Of a DNA stretch of 64,000 nt, positions 61,862-64,000 are shown piece by piece. The stretch covers positions 128,001 through 192,000 of the forward strand of contig JBBILD010000005.1 in assembly GCA_037445065.1 (NCBI GenBank), given 5' to 3'. This DNA is from Myxococcales bacterium. GTDB lineage: Bacteria; Desulfobacterota; Binatia; HRBIN30. Numbering within the stretch: position 1 is the stretch's first letter; the number at the start of each line of letters is the position of its first letter. The position numbers and the translations under genes were made by a program. The notes below the pieces were generated by a model. The model was not told the DNA's origin. It saw only the letters and a program-made list of their open reading frames with translations, and did no database searches.

Positions 61862-62605
61862 GTGTTCCCCATGAACGGGTCAGACGCCCTATTGCTCCTC
61901 CTCGCCGGAATGGCAGCCGGCGTAATCAACACCCTGGCTGGAGCCGGATCGCTTCTCACGGTGCCGGCGCTAGTCCTGCTCGGCATGCCGGGCACTCTGG
62001 CAAACGGTACGAACCGCGTCGGGGTCCTCGTGCACAACCTGGTCGCGAGCTGGCGGTTCCACGCCGAAGGGATTTTTGGCATCCGCGCCGCGGTGCCCCT
62101 GCTCCTCCCGGTCACTGCTGGATCGCTGGTCGGCGCCTATGTGATTTCTCTCGTTCCGTCCCGCACCTTCGAGCAAGCGTTCGCGGTGCTCACGCTGGCG
62201 CTGGTCATTCCGCTGCTGCGCCCTCCACGCTTGCACGACAAGCCTTCCACCTGGCCGTCTTGGCTGACCGCTGTGGTCTTCTTTGGCGTCGGCTTGTTTG
62301 GCGGCGCGTTTCAAGCTGGGGTGGGGCTCCTGCTCATCGCTGCGCTGGCCCATGCCGGGCACGATTTGCTTCGCGCCAACAGCGTCAAGGTGGTGATCAA
62401 CGCGGTGCTCACTGGCTCTGCCCTCGTTGTGTTTGCCCTGCGGGGACAGGTGCTGTGGCTACCCGGGTCGGTGTTGGCCGTCGGCTATGCGCTCGGCGCC
62501 GTGGCTGGGGTGCGCCTTGCGGTGGCCGGCGGCGAGGTGCTGGTGCGTGCGTTTATCGCTGCCAGCGCCGTGGGGCTCGCCACAAAGATGCTCGGATTGT
62601 GGTAA
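61862..62605 (+). CDS. TauE/SafE sulfite exporter family
   Basis: AGVINTLAGAGSLLT.P, ANGTNR, GLFGG..QAGVG, AN..K. Confidence 0.9.
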   Translation: MFPMNGSDALLLLLAGMAAGVINTLAGAGSLLTVPALVLLGMPGTLANGTNRVGVLVHNLVASWRFHAEGIFGIRAAVPLLLPVTAGSLVGAYVISLVPSRTFEQAFAVLTLALVIPLLRPPRLHDKPSTWPSWLTAVVFFGVGLFGGAFQAGVGLLLIAALAHAGHDLLRANSVKVVINAVLTGSALVVFALRGQVLWLPGSVLAVGYALGAVAGVRLAVAGGEVLVRAFIAASAVGLATKMLGLW

Positions 62606-62791
62606 GCAGAGCGCCGCGCAACGCCGACTCGCCCATCCAGCGCCGGCTTCAACACCTGCACGGGCACGCCGAGCTCGAGGACTAGGACCAAGTGCCCCAG
62701 GGTCCGGTTGCCCCGGCGCGATCGAGGTTCCGCGCGAGCGATCCGCCTTTTCTGACTCACCGCCTCTCTTCGGCCGCTCGGCCGCGGGAAC

Positions 62792-63277
62792 TCATTCCTC
62801 CCCGGTTTCGCGCCGCAGGAAGGACTGCACGATCAGCAGCACGGCGCCGATCGTGATCAAAGAATCCGCCACGTTAAAGGCGGGCCAGTAATACTCTCCC
62901 CAATGCAGGCTGATAAAATCGGTCACTTCCCCGAACCAGACCCGATCGATCAGGTTACCAACGGCTCCACCGAGTACCCCGGCGACCGCGAACAAGCCGA
63001 GTCGCTCGTGCTCTGGGGTCACCCGCACCAAGTACACCAGAGCCGCGATGGCCACGATTCCGACGCCGATGAAGAAGGGCAGCCGCCAAGAATCATGGGC
63101 GCGAGCCAGAAAGCCAAATGCGCCGCCAGTGTTTTTCACGTGGGTCAGGTCGGCAAATCCGGGCAGGATTTCGATCTCGGCGTGCAACGGCAGCCATGCC
63201 CGTACGGCGAGTTTGGTGAGCTGGTCCAGTACGATCACCGCCACCGCCCACGCGGTAACGAACCCGTACTTGCTCAT
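62792..63277 (-). CDS. lspA: Lipoprotein signal peptidase II
   Basis: LDQLTK, NTGGAFG, GNLIDR, VTDFI, WPAFNVAD. Confidence 0.97.
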   Translation of the reverse strand: MSKYGFVTAWAVAVIVLDQLTKLAVRAWLPLHAEIEILPGFADLTHVKNTGGAFGFLARAHDSWRLPFFIGVGIVAIAALVYLVRVTPEHERLGLFAVAGVLGGAVGNLIDRVWFGEVTDFISLHWGEYYWPAFNVADSLITIGAVLLIVQSFLRRETGEE

Positions 63278-64000
63278 CTGCCCAACTCCCGCACCACCCC
63301 GACGCAGCGCGTGCACAGAGCGGGGTGATCTTGGGCGGTGCCAACGCTCTCGCTGTAGTTCCAGCAGCGCTGGCACTTCTGGCCGCGCGCCTTGTCCACC
63401 CGAATGCGAAGTTCCGGCAACTGCCCACTCGCCTGCGCTTCGCTGAGAGTAGGGTTCCACTCCACTTGGGAAACAATGAACAAGGCAGGCAACGCAGCCA
63501 AGTTCTCCTCCACCAAGGAAGCGAGCGGGCCTTGGGCGAACAGCTCGACGCGCGCATCGAGCGAGTGGCCGATGTGCCCTGCCTTGCGTACTTCTTCCAG
63601 CTCCTTTGTGACCGCCGAGCGCACCTCGAAAAGTTTCTCCCAGCGCTGGAACAACTGGACATCCTGCGGCAGACCGGAACGGAACCCAGCGAGGAAAACG
63701 CTAGCCGGCCGTTCGGCCGCTGCCGGAAGGTAGGACCAAACCTCCTCCGCAGTGAACGACAGCACCGGAGCCATCACCCGCACCAGAACATCGAGAATGT
63801 CGTACAGCGCCGTCTGCGCAGCACGCCGCTCCTGCGAGCGAGGGGCGGAGGTGTAGAGCCGGTCCTTGACGATGTCGAGATACAGCGCGCTCAGGTCCAC
63901 GGCGCAAAAGTTGACGAGTTGCTGAACCACTAGGTGAAACTGGTACTGCTCAAAGGCCCGCAGCGCGCGCTCATTGAAATTGTGCGCACGGTGCAAAATC
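63274..64000 (-). CDS. ileS: Isoleucyl-tRNA synthetase, C-terminal part (5' end outside the window)
   Basis: DLSALYLDIVKDRLY, RRAAQT, P.LSFTAEE, KCQRCW...LCTRC zinc finger; ileS-lspA synteny. Confidence 0.95.
   Translation of the reverse strand, partial: ILHRAHNFNERALRAFEQYQFHLVVQQLVNFCAVDLSALYLDIVKDRLYTSAPRSQERRAAQTALYDILDVLVRVMAPVLSFTAEEVWSYLPAAAERPASVFLAGFRSGLPQDVQLFQRWEKLFEVRSAVTKELEEVRKAGHIGHSLDARVELFAQGPLASLVEENLAALPALFIVSQVEWNPTLSEAQASGQLPELRIRVDKARGQKCQRCWNYSESVGTAQDHPALCTRCVGVVRELGR

Overview
GC-rich bacterial chromosomal segment of a diderm organism (BamD, TolC, lipoproteins). Gene content and the Pro/Thr-rich surface proteins suggest a Myxococcota/Binatia-like lineage; that assignment is inference only. 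Most of the window is core genome: nrdJ with tandem NrdR boxes, polA followed by an ECF sigma/anti-sigma operon, priA-def-fmt-rsmB-rpe, plsY, sigma54-driven amtB-PII-glnA, lspA/ileS, thiE, a CzcCBA-type heavy-metal RND pump and three tRNAs (Cys, Gly, Pro). The most interesting part is a tightly coupled sulfur operon at about 19.6-26.9 kb: ThiF/MoeB E1, a ubiquitin-like sulfur carrier with a capped GG, cysteine synthase, a second degenerate E1, a CX8CX2C radical SAM enzyme, an SLC13 transporter, a USP and Sat. The two E1 paralogs have complementary losses. One keeps the P-loop, SNLxRQ motif, catalytic Cys and Zn sites but lacks the N-terminal xSRQ arginine arm. The other keeps that arm but has lost the ATP site. 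This mirrors the active/inactive split of eukaryotic heterodimeric E1s (UBA3/APPBP1, UBA2/AOS1). At 55-61.7 kb a giant FG-GAP surface protein and a divergent wHTH-AAA-TPR regulator both appear pseudogenised. No CRISPR array, transposase or prophage was seen.
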